Source of the DNA: Acidobacteriota bacterium
GTDB lineage: Bacteria; Acidobacteriota; Vicinamibacteria; Fen-336
Direction: 5' to 3'
Assembly (NCBI GenBank): GCA_011526565.1
Contig: WYBL01000116.1
Coordinates: 3,019 to 67,018, forward strand
Length of the DNA stretch: 64,000 nucleotides
Of this stretch, positions 34,756 through 47,756 are shown in pieces (the first letter of the stretch is position 1; every line of letters starts with the position of its first letter). Position numbers and translations under genes: made by a program. The notes under the pieces are model-generated. The model made no database searches and was not told the DNA's origin. It was given only the letters and a program-made list of their open reading frames with translations.

Positions 34756-37451
34756 GCCGGGGGCTGGCCGCGCAGCTGCGCAGCCTCGGCGCTCTGCGCG
34801 CGCTCGCGGGCGAACGCTTCCAGCACCTCGCGCATGCGCGGGTGGCTCGCGGTACACGCCTCGAGCGCCTCGCGGGTCAGCTCCAGCAGCTCGCCCCGGG
34901 TCGAGGCGATCACGGTCGCGCGCCGCGGGCCACCCGAGAGCGCGGCCATCTCGCCGAAGAAGGCGCCGTCGCGCAGCACCGCCAGGCGCGCGTCGTGGCC
35001 GCGCGGGGTGCGCACGAACACCTTGACCACGCCGGTGGCGAGGATGAACAGGCTGCCGCCGGGCTCGCCTTCGCTGATCAGGATCTCGCCCGGCTCGATC
35101 GGCACCAGCCGGAGCTGCTGGACGAGCGCCAGCAGCTCTTCTTCGGTGAAGCCCTCGAACAGCGGGCTGCCGCGCAGGCCGCTGTCGTAGGAGCGGGCGG
35201 CCGCCGGCGCCGCCTGCGCGCCCAGCGTCGGCGTGCGCTGCACCTGGTCGCGCACGACGTCGACGAGCCAGTCGGCGAAGCTCGCCTCGGTGCGCGGGCC
35301 GCGCGCGGGCGCGGGGGCGACGGGTGGCGGCGGGGCGGGCACGGGCGGGGCCGGCTCGGCGGCGGCGGTCGCCCGCGGCCGCTTGAGCGGCGCGAGGTTG
35401 ACCTCCTCGACGTAGCGCCGCTGCAGTCCCTCGATCTTCTTGAGGATCGCGATCGCCTTCTCGGGGAACCCGCCGCGCACGAGCTCGTCGGCGAGGCCCA
35501 CCAGCACCGCGACCGCGTCCTCCTCCTTGCCCGCTCGCAGCAGCGCGTCGGCCAGCCGCAACTGCATCTTGGGGTCCCACTGGCTGGCGCCGAAGTGGGC
35601 GAGCAGCACCTCGGTGGCACGCCGCCGGGTGTTCTCCGCGTCGAGCGCGACCGCGCGCACCGCGGCGTTGGCGGGCGAACTGGCGCGCGCGATGTAGGCC
35701 GCCTCCAGCCGGTCGCGCACCCGCGGGTGCACGGCGGCCATCGCGTCGAGCGTGGGCTTCGACAGCTCGAGGCACTCGACCCAGTCGGCGGCGACGACGG
35801 TCGCGGAACGCGGGCGGCCGGAGAGCGCGGAGACCTCGCCGAACCAGTCGCCCTCGAGGAGGCGCGCGACCTCGACGTTGCGGCCGACCGGGTTGCGCAC
35901 GTAGACCCGCAGCTCGCCGGTCGTGAGCAGGAACAGGCTGTTGCCCGGCGCGCCCTCGCTGACCAGCACGTCGCCCGGGTCCCACGTGCGCAGCGTCAGG
36001 CCTTCGACGACGGCCATCAGCTCGTCCTGCTTGAGGTCGCCGAACAGGGGCGTGGCCAGCAGGCGCCGGCTCATCTCCAGGTAGTGGCGAGCGTCGACAC
36101 GAACGGGGTGCGCCTCTTCGTCGAGCGCGTCGATCTCGGGCTCGACGGGTTTCGCGACCGGTTCGCCGGGCCGCTTCAGCACGTCCTGGACGAGGTCGAG
36201 GAGCTGGTCGTGGAACTCCGCCTCGTCGAGGCCCTCCGAGCCCTCGGGCTCGGGCAGCAGCTCGATCAGCGACTCGGGAGGCGCTTCGTCTTCGGCCTCC
36301 GGCTCCACTTCCGGGGAGGGCTCGACTTCTGCCGCCACCGGCGCCGCGGCGTCCACCGGTTGCGCTTGCTCCACCTGCAGCGCCGGCGCCGCGGGCTCGG
36401 GCGCTGCCGCGGCAATCGGCTCAGGCTCCACCGTGGGCTCGGCGGCAGGCTCGGTCTCGGGCTCGGTCTCGGGCTCGGTGTCGACCTCGGGCTCGGCTTC
36501 CGGCTCCGGCTCGATGCGCGGCTCCTCATCGCCCTCGCGGCTCAGGAACCCGCGCAGCGCGCCCTTGAAGCGATCGACGCCGGACTCCTCGGCGTCGGGG
36601 CTCGCGGCTTCGGGCGCGGGCGCGTCCGCGGCGGCCAGCGCGGGCTCGGGTGCTTCGGCCGGGACCGGCTCGGGTGCGGAGGGCGCCGCGGGCTCCGCGG
36701 GCTTCTCGTCGTCGACGAGCGACGACAGGAAGCGGCGGAACACGGAGCGCAGGCGACCGCCCGCGGGCTTCGCCGGCTCGGCCGGCGCCTCCGGCTCCGG
36801 CACCGGCTCGGCCTCGGGTTCGGGCTCAGGCACGGGCTCGGCCTCGGGTTCCTCGGCCCGAGCTTCGGCGGCCTGCTGCGCGGGCGACGGCGGGACCTCG
36901 GCCGCGGCTGGCGCAGGTGGCGTGGGCACCGGAACCGCGGCCGCCTCGTCGGGCGGCAGCGGCCCGCCGATCTCGGGCGGCAGCGCCGTGAAGTCGGGCA
37001 CTGCCATCCGCGACAGCGTCTCGTCGCCGGGCGCCTCGCCGATCTCCTCGATCCCGAACAGGGGCGCCGGGGCGGGTCGCGGCGTCGGGGTCGGCGTCGA
37101 GCTGCCCGCAGCCGACTGGCGCGCCTGCTCCTCGACCAGCGCGGCCATCCGCTCCGCGACGTCGGCGCGCCCCGGGTCGACCTTCTCGACGCGCTTGAGG
37201 ATCGCGATCGCCTTGGCGACGAAGCCGTCGCGGCGCAGCTCGTCGACCAGCGCCAGCAGGATCGGGCATGCCTCGTTCGGGCGGCCCGCCTGGATCAGCA
37301 GGTCCGCGAGCTGGAGGCGCACCTTCTCCGAGGGCGCCTTGCCCTCGAGCTGCTCGCGCAGCGTCTCGATCGCCTTCGCCCGCCGCTTGCGGGCGAGGAT
37401 CTCGGAGACGTTCGACTCGATCGGCGAGTTGAGCCAGTCGATCGGCGGCAT
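34752..37451 (-). CDS. Tandem-duplicated (TPR-like + cNMP-binding) x2 protein with long acidic Pro/Glu-rich linker
   Basis: Module 1 MPPIDWLN...LADLLIQAGRPNEA then cNMP (VLVSEGAPGNSLFLLTTGELRV...FGEVSALSGRPRSATVVA); module 2 repeats same (LADALLRAGKEEDA ... ILISEGEPGGSLFILATGVVKV...FGEMAALSGGPRRATVIA). Confidence 0.7.
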   Translation of the reverse strand: MPPIDWLNSPIESNVSEILARKRRAKAIETLREQLEGKAPSEKVRLQLADLLIQAGRPNEACPILLALVDELRRDGFVAKAIAILKRVEKVDPGRADVAERMAALVEEQARQSAAGSSTPTPTPRPAPAPLFGIEEIGEAPGDETLSRMAVPDFTALPPEIGGPLPPDEAAAVPVPTPPAPAAAEVPPSPAQQAAEARAEEPEAEPVPEPEPEAEPVPEPEAPAEPAKPAGGRLRSVFRRFLSSLVDDEKPAEPAAPSAPEPVPAEAPEPALAAADAPAPEAASPDAEESGVDRFKGALRGFLSREGDEEPRIEPEPEAEPEVDTEPETEPETEPAAEPTVEPEPIAAAAPEPAAPALQVEQAQPVDAAAPVAAEVEPSPEVEPEAEDEAPPESLIELLPEPEGSEGLDEAEFHDQLLDLVQDVLKRPGEPVAKPVEPEIDALDEEAHPVRVDARHYLEMSRRLLATPLFGDLKQDELMAVVEGLTLRTWDPGDVLVSEGAPGNSLFLLTTGELRVYVRNPVGRNVEVARLLEGDWFGEVSALSGRPRSATVVAADWVECLELSKPTLDAMAAVHPRVRDRLEAAYIARASSPANAAVRAVALDAENTRRRATEVLLAHFGASQWDPKMQLRLADALLRAGKEEDAVAVLVGLADELVRGGFPEKAIAILKKIEGLQRRYVEEVNLAPLKRPRATAAAEPAPPVPAPPPPVAPAPARGPRTEASFADWLVDVVRDQVQRTPTLGAQAAPAAARSYDSGLRGSPLFEGFTEEELLALVQQLRLVPIEPGEILISEGEPGGSLFILATGVVKVFVRTPRGHDARLAVLRDGAFFGEMAALSGGPRRATVIASTRGELLELTREALEACTASHPRMREVLEAFARERAQSAEAAQLRGQPPA
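36440..36860. repeat. Low-complexity coding repeats (12-bp ggctcggtctcg x3 at 36448-36483; ~42-bp duplication near 36790-36855) encoding PE/TEPE repeats
   Basis: Seen directly in DNA; encodes TEPETEPETEP and EPEAEPVPEPEPEAEPVPEP in linker of the double cNMP protein. Confidence 0.5.
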
Positions 37452-37524
37452 CGTGGTAACCCGTTGAAGGTGAGCGGCCGAGGCGAGGCTATGCGCCACG
37501 CGGCCGGGGGTCAACCGGCCAAAC

Positions 37525-37540
37525 TTGACTTTTTAGTCCA
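37525..37540. promoter_or_regulatory. TTGACT-tttt-AGTCCA inverted repeat upstream of sufB resembling IscR type-1 site core (YYGACT-RWWWY-AGTCRR)
   Basis: 64 bp upstream of sufB ATG; Rrf2 regulator encoded at operon end. Confidence 0.4.
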
Positions 37541-37603
37541 GATTGCCGATTCTTGGGTCTGCGCCCTCCCCGAGCGCGGCATCGGAAGGACTTCCCGCCC
37601 GCC

Positions 37604-39043
<1,440 letters not shown>

Positions 39044-39065
39044 CGGCAACAGGAATCGAAGAGAG

Positions 39066-39832
<767 letters not shown>

Positions 39833-39836
<4 letters not shown>

Positions 39837-41253
39837 GCACGGTGGAACCGGCCGCGCCGGACGCGACCACCCCGGCTCCGGCCCCCGCGGCCGCGCCGAG
39901 CGCTGTCGAGGTGCGCGAGACCCAGCGCGAGGCTTCACGGCGCGACGAAATCGCACCCTGGCTCGTGGCGCTCGAGGCGCTGCGCCGAAAGGGAGAGCCG
40001 GAGTGGCTGGCCGCGCAGCGCGACGACGCCACGGCCCGCTTCGCGCGCCTCGGCTTCCCCACCACCCGCGACGAGGCCTGGCGCCAGACCAGCGTCGCGG
40101 CGCTGGCGCGCACCCGCTTCGACAACGCGACCCGCGGCGCGCTCGACGACGCGCTCGAATCGATGCCCGCGTTCCGCTTCGGCGGAGCGTTCGCCGGCCG
40201 CGAGGCGGTGTTCGTCAACGGCCGCTTCATGCCCGAGCTCTCCAGCCTCGGCAAGCTGGCCCGGGTGCGGGTGCGACCGCTGCGCCAGGTGCTCGCGGAC
40301 GACCCCGACGCGCTGTGCGGCCTGATCGGCGCGGCGGCCGACGACGACAAGCACCCGTTCCTGGCCCTGAACCTCGCCGCCTTCCAGGACGGCGCGGTGG
40401 TCGAGGTGCCCGAGCGATACACGGTCCACGGCCCGATCCACCTGCTCTTCATCAGCACCGGCGGCGCGGCCAGCCATCCGCGGGTGCTGATCGGCCTCAA
40501 CCGCAACTCCCAGGCGACGGTCGTCGAGAGCTACGTCAGCCCGCGCGGCGCCCACTCGTTCTGCAACGCGGCCACCGAGGTGCTGCTCGGCGACGGCGCC
40601 GTGCTCGACCACGTGCGGCTGCAGGCGGAGTCGGAGAAGGCCTACCACGTCGCCACCACCGCGACCCGGGTCAGCCGCAGCGCCACCTACCGCAGCCACG
40701 CGCTGACGCTGGGTGCGGCTCTCTCCCGCCACGACCTCGGCGTGCGGCTCGAGGGCGAAGGCGCCGACGTCGAACTGCACGGCCTGTTCGTCTCCGACGA
40801 CGCCCAGCTCCACGACACCCACTCGAAGCTCGACCACGTCGCCCCGCACGGCACCTCGCGCGAGGTCTACAAGGGCGTGCTCGGCGGCCGCGCTCGCGGC
40901 GTCAAGAACGGGCTGATCGTGGTGCGCCCCGGCGCCCAGAAGACCGACGCCCAGCAACAGAGCCGCAACCTGCTGCTCTCGCGCGAGGCGCTGGTCCACG
41001 CCACGCCGCAGCTCCTGATCCACGCCGACGACGTCAAGTGCAAGCACGGCGCGACCACGGGCCAGATCGAGGACGCGCCGCTGTTCTACCTGCGGTCGCG
41101 CGGCCTCGACGAGGAGGCGGCCCGCGCGCTGCTGGTGTGGGCGTTCGCGGCCGACGTGGTGTCGAAGCTGAAGGTGGCGCCGGTCCGCGAGTCGGTCGAG
41201 CGCTTCCTGCGCGAGCGGCTGCCGGCGGCCGGCGCGGTGCCCGGGACCCGCGC

Positions 41254-41257
<4 letters not shown>
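39833..41257 (+). CDS. sufD: Fe-S cluster assembly protein SufD
   Basis: ATG overlaps sufC stop (ATGA); SufB/D-family C-terminal beta-helix region; position after sufC. Confidence 0.85.
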
Positions 41258-42506
<1,249 letters not shown>

Positions 42507-42507
<1 letters not shown>

Positions 42508-42965
42508 TGTCCGACCTGCGCGAGCTGTACCAGGAGGTCATCCTGGACCACACGAAGAAGCCGCGCAACAAGCGGCCGATGCCCGATGCCACCGGCCACA
42601 GCGACGGCATGAACCCGCTGTGCGGCGACAAGGCGACGGTGTACGTGAAGGTCGAGGACGGGCGCGTCGTCGACGTCTCGTTCGAGGGCCAGGGCTGCTC
42701 GATCTCGACCGCCTCGGCCTCGATGATGACCGAGGCGGTGCGCGGCAAGACGCCCGCCGAGGTCGACGCGCTGTTCGAGCGCTTCCACGCCCTCGTCACA
42801 GCCCCGCCCGACCAGGCGGGCCGCGACGCCGCTCCCGAGCTCGGCAAGCTGGCCGTGTTCGCGGGCGTGTGCGAGTTCCCCGTGCGCGTGAAGTGCGCGT
42901 CGCTCGCGTGGCACACGCTGAAGGCCGCGCTCGCCGGCAACGGCACGCCGGTCAGCACCGAGTAG
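42507..42965 (+). CDS. sufU: SufU/IscU-like Zn-dependent sulfur-transfer scaffold
   Basis: Three conserved Cys (NPLCGD, GQGCSIS, KCASLA); 1-nt overlap with sufS stop. Confidence 0.8.
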
Positions 42966-42975
42966 GAGCCCCATC

Positions 42976-43518
42976 ATGATGAGACAGGCCAAGACGCTGT
43001 CCCGCGACATCGAGGCGACGGCGATCCCCTACGGCGACAAGATCCCGCTCAAGGCGGGCGCGATGGTCTACATCACCCAGGCCCTCGGTGGCACCTGGAC
43101 CGCGATGACCGACCACGGCTACATGGTGCGCATCGAGGCCACCGACGCCGACGCCATCGGCGAGAAGGCCGACCAGGGCCCGAGCCCCGAGGACCTCGCC
43201 AGCAAGCCGCTCGACCAGCTCTGCTGGGACCAGCTCAAGACCTGCTTCGACCCCGAGATCCCGGTCAACATCGTCGACCTCGGCCTCGTCTACGAGTGCG
43301 TGATCAGCGACCGGCCCGAGGGCGGCAAGAAGGTGGCGATCCGCTTCACGCTGACCGCCCCCGGCTGCGGCATGGGCGACTACCTGAAGGCCGACATCGA
43401 GCGCAAGATCGCGAGCATCCCCGGCGTCGACGAGTTCGACGTGCAGCTCGCCTTCGAGCCCCAGTGGAACCAGGCCATGATGAGCGACGCCGCGCGGCTG
43501 CAGCTCGGCCTGATGTGA
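42976..43518 (+). CDS. sufT: SufT/DUF59 (MIP18-family) Fe-S assembly protein
   Basis: DUF59-like LKTCFDPEIPVNIVDLGLVY...TAPGCGMGDYL. Confidence 0.7.
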   Translation: MMRQAKTLSRDIEATAIPYGDKIPLKAGAMVYITQALGGTWTAMTDHGYMVRIEATDADAIGEKADQGPSPEDLASKPLDQLCWDQLKTCFDPEIPVNIVDLGLVYECVISDRPEGGKKVAIRFTLTAPGCGMGDYLKADIERKIASIPGVDEFDVQLAFEPQWNQAMMSDAARLQLGLM

Positions 43519-43537
43519 GGGGCGCGAGGCCCGCCGC

Positions 43538-43990
43538 TTGAAGCTCTCGTCCCAGGAGGAGTACGGCCTGCGCTGCCTGCTCCAGCTCGCCCGCGCGGGC
43601 GACGCCGCCAGCCTGACCATCGCGGAGCTGAGCAAGCGCGAGGGCCTGTCGGCCCCCAACGTCGCCAAGATGCTGCGCCTGCTGCGCCGCTCCGGCTTCG
43701 TGCGTGCCACCCGCGGCCAGCAGGGCGGCTACGCCCTCGCCCGCCCCGCGGCGACGATCAGCGTCGGCGAAGCCCTCTCCGCCCTCGGCGGCCGCATCTT
43801 CGACGAAGGCTTCTGCGACCGCCACGCGGGCGCCGAAGCCTCCTGCGCCCACCTCGACGGCTGCTCGATCAAGCCCGTCCTGCAGCGCCTCCAGGAAGTC
43901 GTCGACTCGGTCCTCGGCCACATGACCCTGTCCGAGCTGCTGAGCCCGCAGGCCCCCCTGATCCGTCTCCAGTCCCGAAGACCGGCCTGA
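43538..43990 (+). CDS. Rrf2-family transcriptional regulator (IscR/SufR-like, 3-Cys cluster ligands)
   Basis: Rrf2 HTH (MKLSSQEEYGLRCLLQLA...LTIAELSKREGLSAPNVAKMLRLLRRSGFV); C-x9-C-x5-C (CDRHAGAEASCAHLDGC). TTG start. Confidence 0.75.
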   Translation: MKLSSQEEYGLRCLLQLARAGDAASLTIAELSKREGLSAPNVAKMLRLLRRSGFVRATRGQQGGYALARPAATISVGEALSALGGRIFDEGFCDRHAGAEASCAHLDGCSIKPVLQRLQEVVDSVLGHMTLSELLSPQAPLIRLQSRRPA

Positions 43991-44002
43991 AACGTCCGGC
44001 CC

Positions 44003-44428
44003 TCAGCACCACTTGAAGAAGGGCACGATCGGGCCGCGCCGGGCACCGAGCCAGAACCCGCAGTCGACTTCCATCGACGCCACCTTCGCGTCTCGCAACT
44101 CGATCTCGGAGTGACCGGCGGCGTCCGCCAGGGCGCGAGCGAGACGCCCGAGCATCACGGCGCGGGACCGGACGTTGGCTCGGGCCTTCTTCCAGTCCTG
44201 GCCGATGGCGTGCTCGGCGAAGAAGAACGTCCTCGTGTAGTGCCCGATCCACCAGCCCCGGGCGTCGTCTCCGATAGGGAACGCCTGCTTGCTGCCCGGC
44301 TTCTTGCCGACGCCTCTGCCGACCATCGGTAGCACGTCGGCCTCGAAGCGCGCCTTCATGCGCTGGGTCTCGACGCTCGGGTCAATCGTGATCGTACCCA
44401 TATCACCCTCCACGGTGGTCCTGTCCAC
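44003..44428 (-). CDS. Hypothetical protein (no recognisable family)
   Basis: Protein-like composition; convergent with Rrf2 gene; possible alternative start 44401. Confidence 0.35.
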   Translation of the reverse strand: MDRTTVEGDMGTITIDPSVETQRMKARFEADVLPMVGRGVGKKPGSKQAFPIGDDARGWWIGHYTRTFFFAEHAIGQDWKKARANVRSRAVMLGRLARALADAAGHSEIELRDAKVASMEVDCGFWLGARRGPIVPFFKWC

Positions 44429-44461
44429 AAGAACGGCAGCCCGGCGCGATACGAACGACGG

Positions 44462-47047
44462 TCAATGCCAGAGCGCCTTGGCGAAACCGCGGGCGTCCCT
44501 AACGGACCGCCGGCCCGGCACCGCGGCAAGAGCGCCCCGAAGAAGACTCGCGAGCCACTCCGGTGTGCGGCTGGCGTCCAGGCGTGCGGGAGAGCCCTGG
44601 CGGACCGTGCGCAGCGTGATCTCCTCGGTAGCCCCCTGGAATGGATGGCTCCCTGCAATCGCCTCGTAGATCACGACCGCCAGCGCCCAGACGTCCCACT
44701 CGGGCGAAGGCGCCACGCCCTCCCAGGCTTCCGGCGGAAGGTAGCGGGGAGTGCCTGCGACACAACCTTCCTGGTCCGCAGACAGCTCCATGAGGTGCGC
44801 GAGGCCGAAATCCAGGAGCTTGGGCGGGCCGGCAACCTGGAATCCGACATTCCCCGGCTTGATGTCACGGTGGAGCAGGCCCTCATCGTGGAGGTCGGCG
44901 AGCGTCGTGGCCAGGGCGCGGCCGAGGCTGAGGCTGGCTTCCAGACCCAGCGGGCCCCGCGTCAGGCGGTCCGCGAGCGTCTCGCCCGCGAGGTACTCCA
45001 CGACCAAGAACGGCACGCCCTTCCAGGTTTCTGCCCCGAACAGGGTCGCCACGCCGGGGTGGTTGATCGACGCCATCACGCGCGCCTCGGATCGCAGCCG
45101 TGCCGCCAGTGCCGGGGACGATCGCGGGAGCGTCTTCAGGGCCACGGTGCGCCCGAGAGTCGTGTCTTCTGCCTCGTAGACGACGCCCATGCCACCCTGA
45201 CCGACGCGCCGAACCAGCCGGAACTTGCCCAGCGCGATGCGCGGCAAGGCCGCCTGCCGACTTCGATCGGCGCCGCACTCGCAGCGCGGTTCGGAGTGAG
45301 CGCGAACTCGCGTGCAGGCGTCGCATTCCAGACCCGGCTCGTCGTCCCACTCCCCGCCCTCGGCGGCGCCCGGCTGCGGCACGCGAGCGATCGCGATTCC
45401 CGCAGCGGACGCGAGACTGTGAGCGAGTTCCTGCGCTCCGCGGTCCCAAGGCTCCTCGGACACGCGTTCGCCGAGGGCCAGGATGGCCGCCGGCTGTCCC
45501 GTGCTGCCCATCACGGGAACGACCAAGGTCACGCCGAGGTCGCTGCTCCATGCACGGTCGTCGTCAGGGAGCAAGGCCAGGAGGCGCGGTGTGATCTCCA
45601 GCGGGCGCGGGTCGGCGTCGAGCATCGCCACGATCGCGCTGCTCGCACTGAGTGGCCGGCAGGCGGAATCGCCCCCAGCGAACGTGCCGCTCGAGTTCCT
45701 CGTCAGAACGCGAACCTGGGTCGCCCCCAACGACATCCTCACCTCGCCTGTGAGGGCCGCCGCGACGTCGCGCTGACCCCGGGCCGCGCTCAGCGCGGTC
45801 AGCAGGCGTTGCAGCCCCGCGCCGCGGTCTCCATCGCCACGCGAGAACAGCCGATCGAGCCCGGCCTGGATCGGCCTGCGAAGCACCCGCAGGACTGTCG
45901 AGAGCGCGAGGGCCGCCAGCAGGCCCTTGCCCGGCCCCGCTCCGAGCAACTCGGCGAGCGGTCGATGGCGCTCGGCGAACAGGTATAGGGCCAACAGCAG
46001 GGCTGGCAGGAACACCAGCAAGTGAAGCGTCGTGCGGGCCAGTGCATGAGAGAGCGCACGCCGCGCCAGGAGGCGGAGGCCGAGGACGCGGCCCGCCGCT
46101 ACGGCTGCAGCGGTCGTCACGGGCAGCGACAGGAGGCCTCCATAGACGATGGTGTCCGTGGCGGCCTCGTACCGATCGACCCAGCGCTCCGCACCCGGCA
46201 CCAGGACCGAAACCAGCGTCAGGAGTACGAGCGGCGCTAGGCCGACGAAGACGGCCACGACGAAGCCGGCCACCCGACGCCCCTCGTCGCCGCTGGCAAG
46301 CCGCGCCTTGCGCAGGGCCAGACGAGCTCCGAGGGCCATGACCGAGAACTGCGCGGCCCAGAACAAGCGACCGCGGCCGTCACCGCCGTCGCGGCCGACG
46401 ACGATCAGCGCCTCACCCAGCGGGCTACCCGAGGCCAGCACTGCAACCGGGGTCACCAGGAAGAGGAACAGACCCAGGGCCGCTGCCGCCTTCTCCAACC
46501 GGACCAGCCCAACCTGTGCCGGCAGGTGGGCTGGCGCGGCGGGGAATCGCAGCAGGAGCGCGAGGAAGGTCGCCGCGAGGAATGCGTCGGGCTGCAGGCC
46601 CGCAAGGAGCGATACGCCGCTGGCCGCGCCCGAAGTGGCGGCGGCGATCGGCCTCGTGGCGAACGTCGCCGCCACGACGACGTAGAAGACGCCGAGACGG
46701 ATCGCGCGAGGGTCGCGGTCTCCGGAGTAGAGGAGCGCGGCACCGGAAAAGCCGAAAACCAGGAGTGGTCCGATGAGTCCGAAGTCCGAGTTCGCGATCG
46801 CCAGCCCGAGCCCTGACAAAGCGCGCGTCGCAGCGAGTAGGCAGAGCAGGCGGAACCCGAGGGACAACGGGTCCGAGACCGAGGCGCTCGCCACCCTGGC
46901 TCGCGCCCGGACGTTTTCGGCAACCGCCTCGAGTACGGTCGCGGTTCGCGACGGCAGCGCGACTCCGCGGTAGGCATCGCGCCAGTCCAGCGGTGCGCCA
47001 TCGGCCGCCGCCGCGGCGAGCCGCACGAGCGCGCCCTCAGGCTCCAT
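44462..47047 (-). CDS. Polytopic membrane Ser/Thr protein kinase (N-terminal cytoplasmic segment + ~10 TM + GAF-like region + Hanks-type kinase)
   Basis: Kinase motifs GQGGMGVVY (Gly loop), VALKTL (VAIK), HRDIKPGNV (catalytic loop), DFGLA (DFG), TPRYLPPE (APE); start overlaps ECF sigma gene end. Confidence 0.75.
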   Translation of the reverse strand: MEPEGALVRLAAAAADGAPLDWRDAYRGVALPSRTATVLEAVAENVRARARVASASVSDPLSLGFRLLCLLAATRALSGLGLAIANSDFGLIGPLLVFGFSGAALLYSGDRDPRAIRLGVFYVVVAATFATRPIAAATSGAASGVSLLAGLQPDAFLAATFLALLLRFPAAPAHLPAQVGLVRLEKAAAALGLFLFLVTPVAVLASGSPLGEALIVVGRDGGDGRGRLFWAAQFSVMALGARLALRKARLASGDEGRRVAGFVVAVFVGLAPLVLLTLVSVLVPGAERWVDRYEAATDTIVYGGLLSLPVTTAAAVAAGRVLGLRLLARRALSHALARTTLHLLVFLPALLLALYLFAERHRPLAELLGAGPGKGLLAALALSTVLRVLRRPIQAGLDRLFSRGDGDRGAGLQRLLTALSAARGQRDVAAALTGEVRMSLGATQVRVLTRNSSGTFAGGDSACRPLSASSAIVAMLDADPRPLEITPRLLALLPDDDRAWSSDLGVTLVVPVMGSTGQPAAILALGERVSEEPWDRGAQELAHSLASAAGIAIARVPQPGAAEGGEWDDEPGLECDACTRVRAHSEPRCECGADRSRQAALPRIALGKFRLVRRVGQGGMGVVYEAEDTTLGRTVALKTLPRSSPALAARLRSEARVMASINHPGVATLFGAETWKGVPFLVVEYLAGETLADRLTRGPLGLEASLSLGRALATTLADLHDEGLLHRDIKPGNVGFQVAGPPKLLDFGLAHLMELSADQEGCVAGTPRYLPPEAWEGVAPSPEWDVWALAVVIYEAIAGSHPFQGATEEITLRTVRQGSPARLDASRTPEWLASLLRGALAAVPGRRSVRDARGFAKALWH

Positions 47048-47717
47048 CGCCCATCGCCTTCGCAAGCTTGGCGAGCGCGCGCGCCACGACCATCCGGGCC
47101 GAGTCCGAAGAGGGCTTGCCCAGTGCCAGCGCGATCTGCTCGTAGCTGTATCCCATCTCGACCCGGGCGACGACCGCCTGCTGCTCGGGAGCCGGCAACT
47201 CGGCCAGGGCGGCCTGGTAGCGGCCCCGAAGTTCGGCGTCGGCGAAGAGGGAGTCCGGCCCTGGCTCCCGGCTCGCCATCTCGTCGCCGATCTCGTCGAC
47301 AGGCGGCCGGCGCGCGGCCCGACGGACGTGGTCGCGAACCCGGTTGACGACGGCCGTGCGGAGGTACGCCCCCAGCGCGCCGCGTCGGCGCGCGTCGAAG
47401 CGATCGAGATTCCGGACGGCCCCGATCAGCGTCTCCTGGACGATGTCTGCGGTGTCGCCCAGCGCGCGCGCCCACCCCGGCAGCCGCCCGCGGGCGAACC
47501 GGAGCAGCCCGGGCATCTCCCGCTCCAGCAGCCGCTCGAGGGCGGAGCGATTCCCGCGCCGCGCCAGGCTGAGCAGGCGCACGGTGGTCGGGGCCGGGGA
47601 GAGAGGGGCCTCGGTCAAGGGATCACGACTCCGCACAGTGACTTCCCAGATTCTGACGACGGAGTGTACATGCACCCGGCGTGCTGTTCGGAACTCCGGT
47701 GAGGGACGTTGTTCCAT
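47037..47717 (-). CDS. ECF (sigma-70 family, group IV) RNA polymerase sigma factor; start codon uncertain (47642-47717)
   Basis: Region 2 DIVQETLIGAVRNLDRFD, region 4 HTH LPAPEQQAVVARVEMGYSYEQIALALGKPSSDSARMVVARALAKL. Confidence 0.7.
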   Translation of the reverse strand: MEQRPSPEFRTARRVHVHSVVRIWEVTVRSRDPLTEAPLSPAPTTVRLLSLARRGNRSALERLLEREMPGLLRFARGRLPGWARALGDTADIVQETLIGAVRNLDRFDARRRGALGAYLRTAVVNRVRDHVRRAARRPPVDEIGDEMASREPGPDSLFADAELRGRYQAALAELPAPEQQAVVARVEMGYSYEQIALALGKPSSDSARMVVARALAKLAKAMGDGA

Positions 47718-47756
47718 TCAAGTTCCCCGTTCGCGCCGTGGACAAGGAGGCGTGCC

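Noticed and set aside
43991-44002. Intrinsic terminator after the suf-rrf2 operon
   Set aside because: Only a weak interrupted GGCCC/GGGCC complement with a ~30-nt loop and no U-tract; not credible as a Rho-independent terminator.
47718-47756. ECF-type autoregulatory promoter (GGAAC...CGTC) at the sigma-factor 5' end
   Set aside because: GGAAC strings occur, but at positions and spacings inside the probable coding start and inconsistent with a -35/-10 pair. The true start codon of the sigma gene is itself uncertain.
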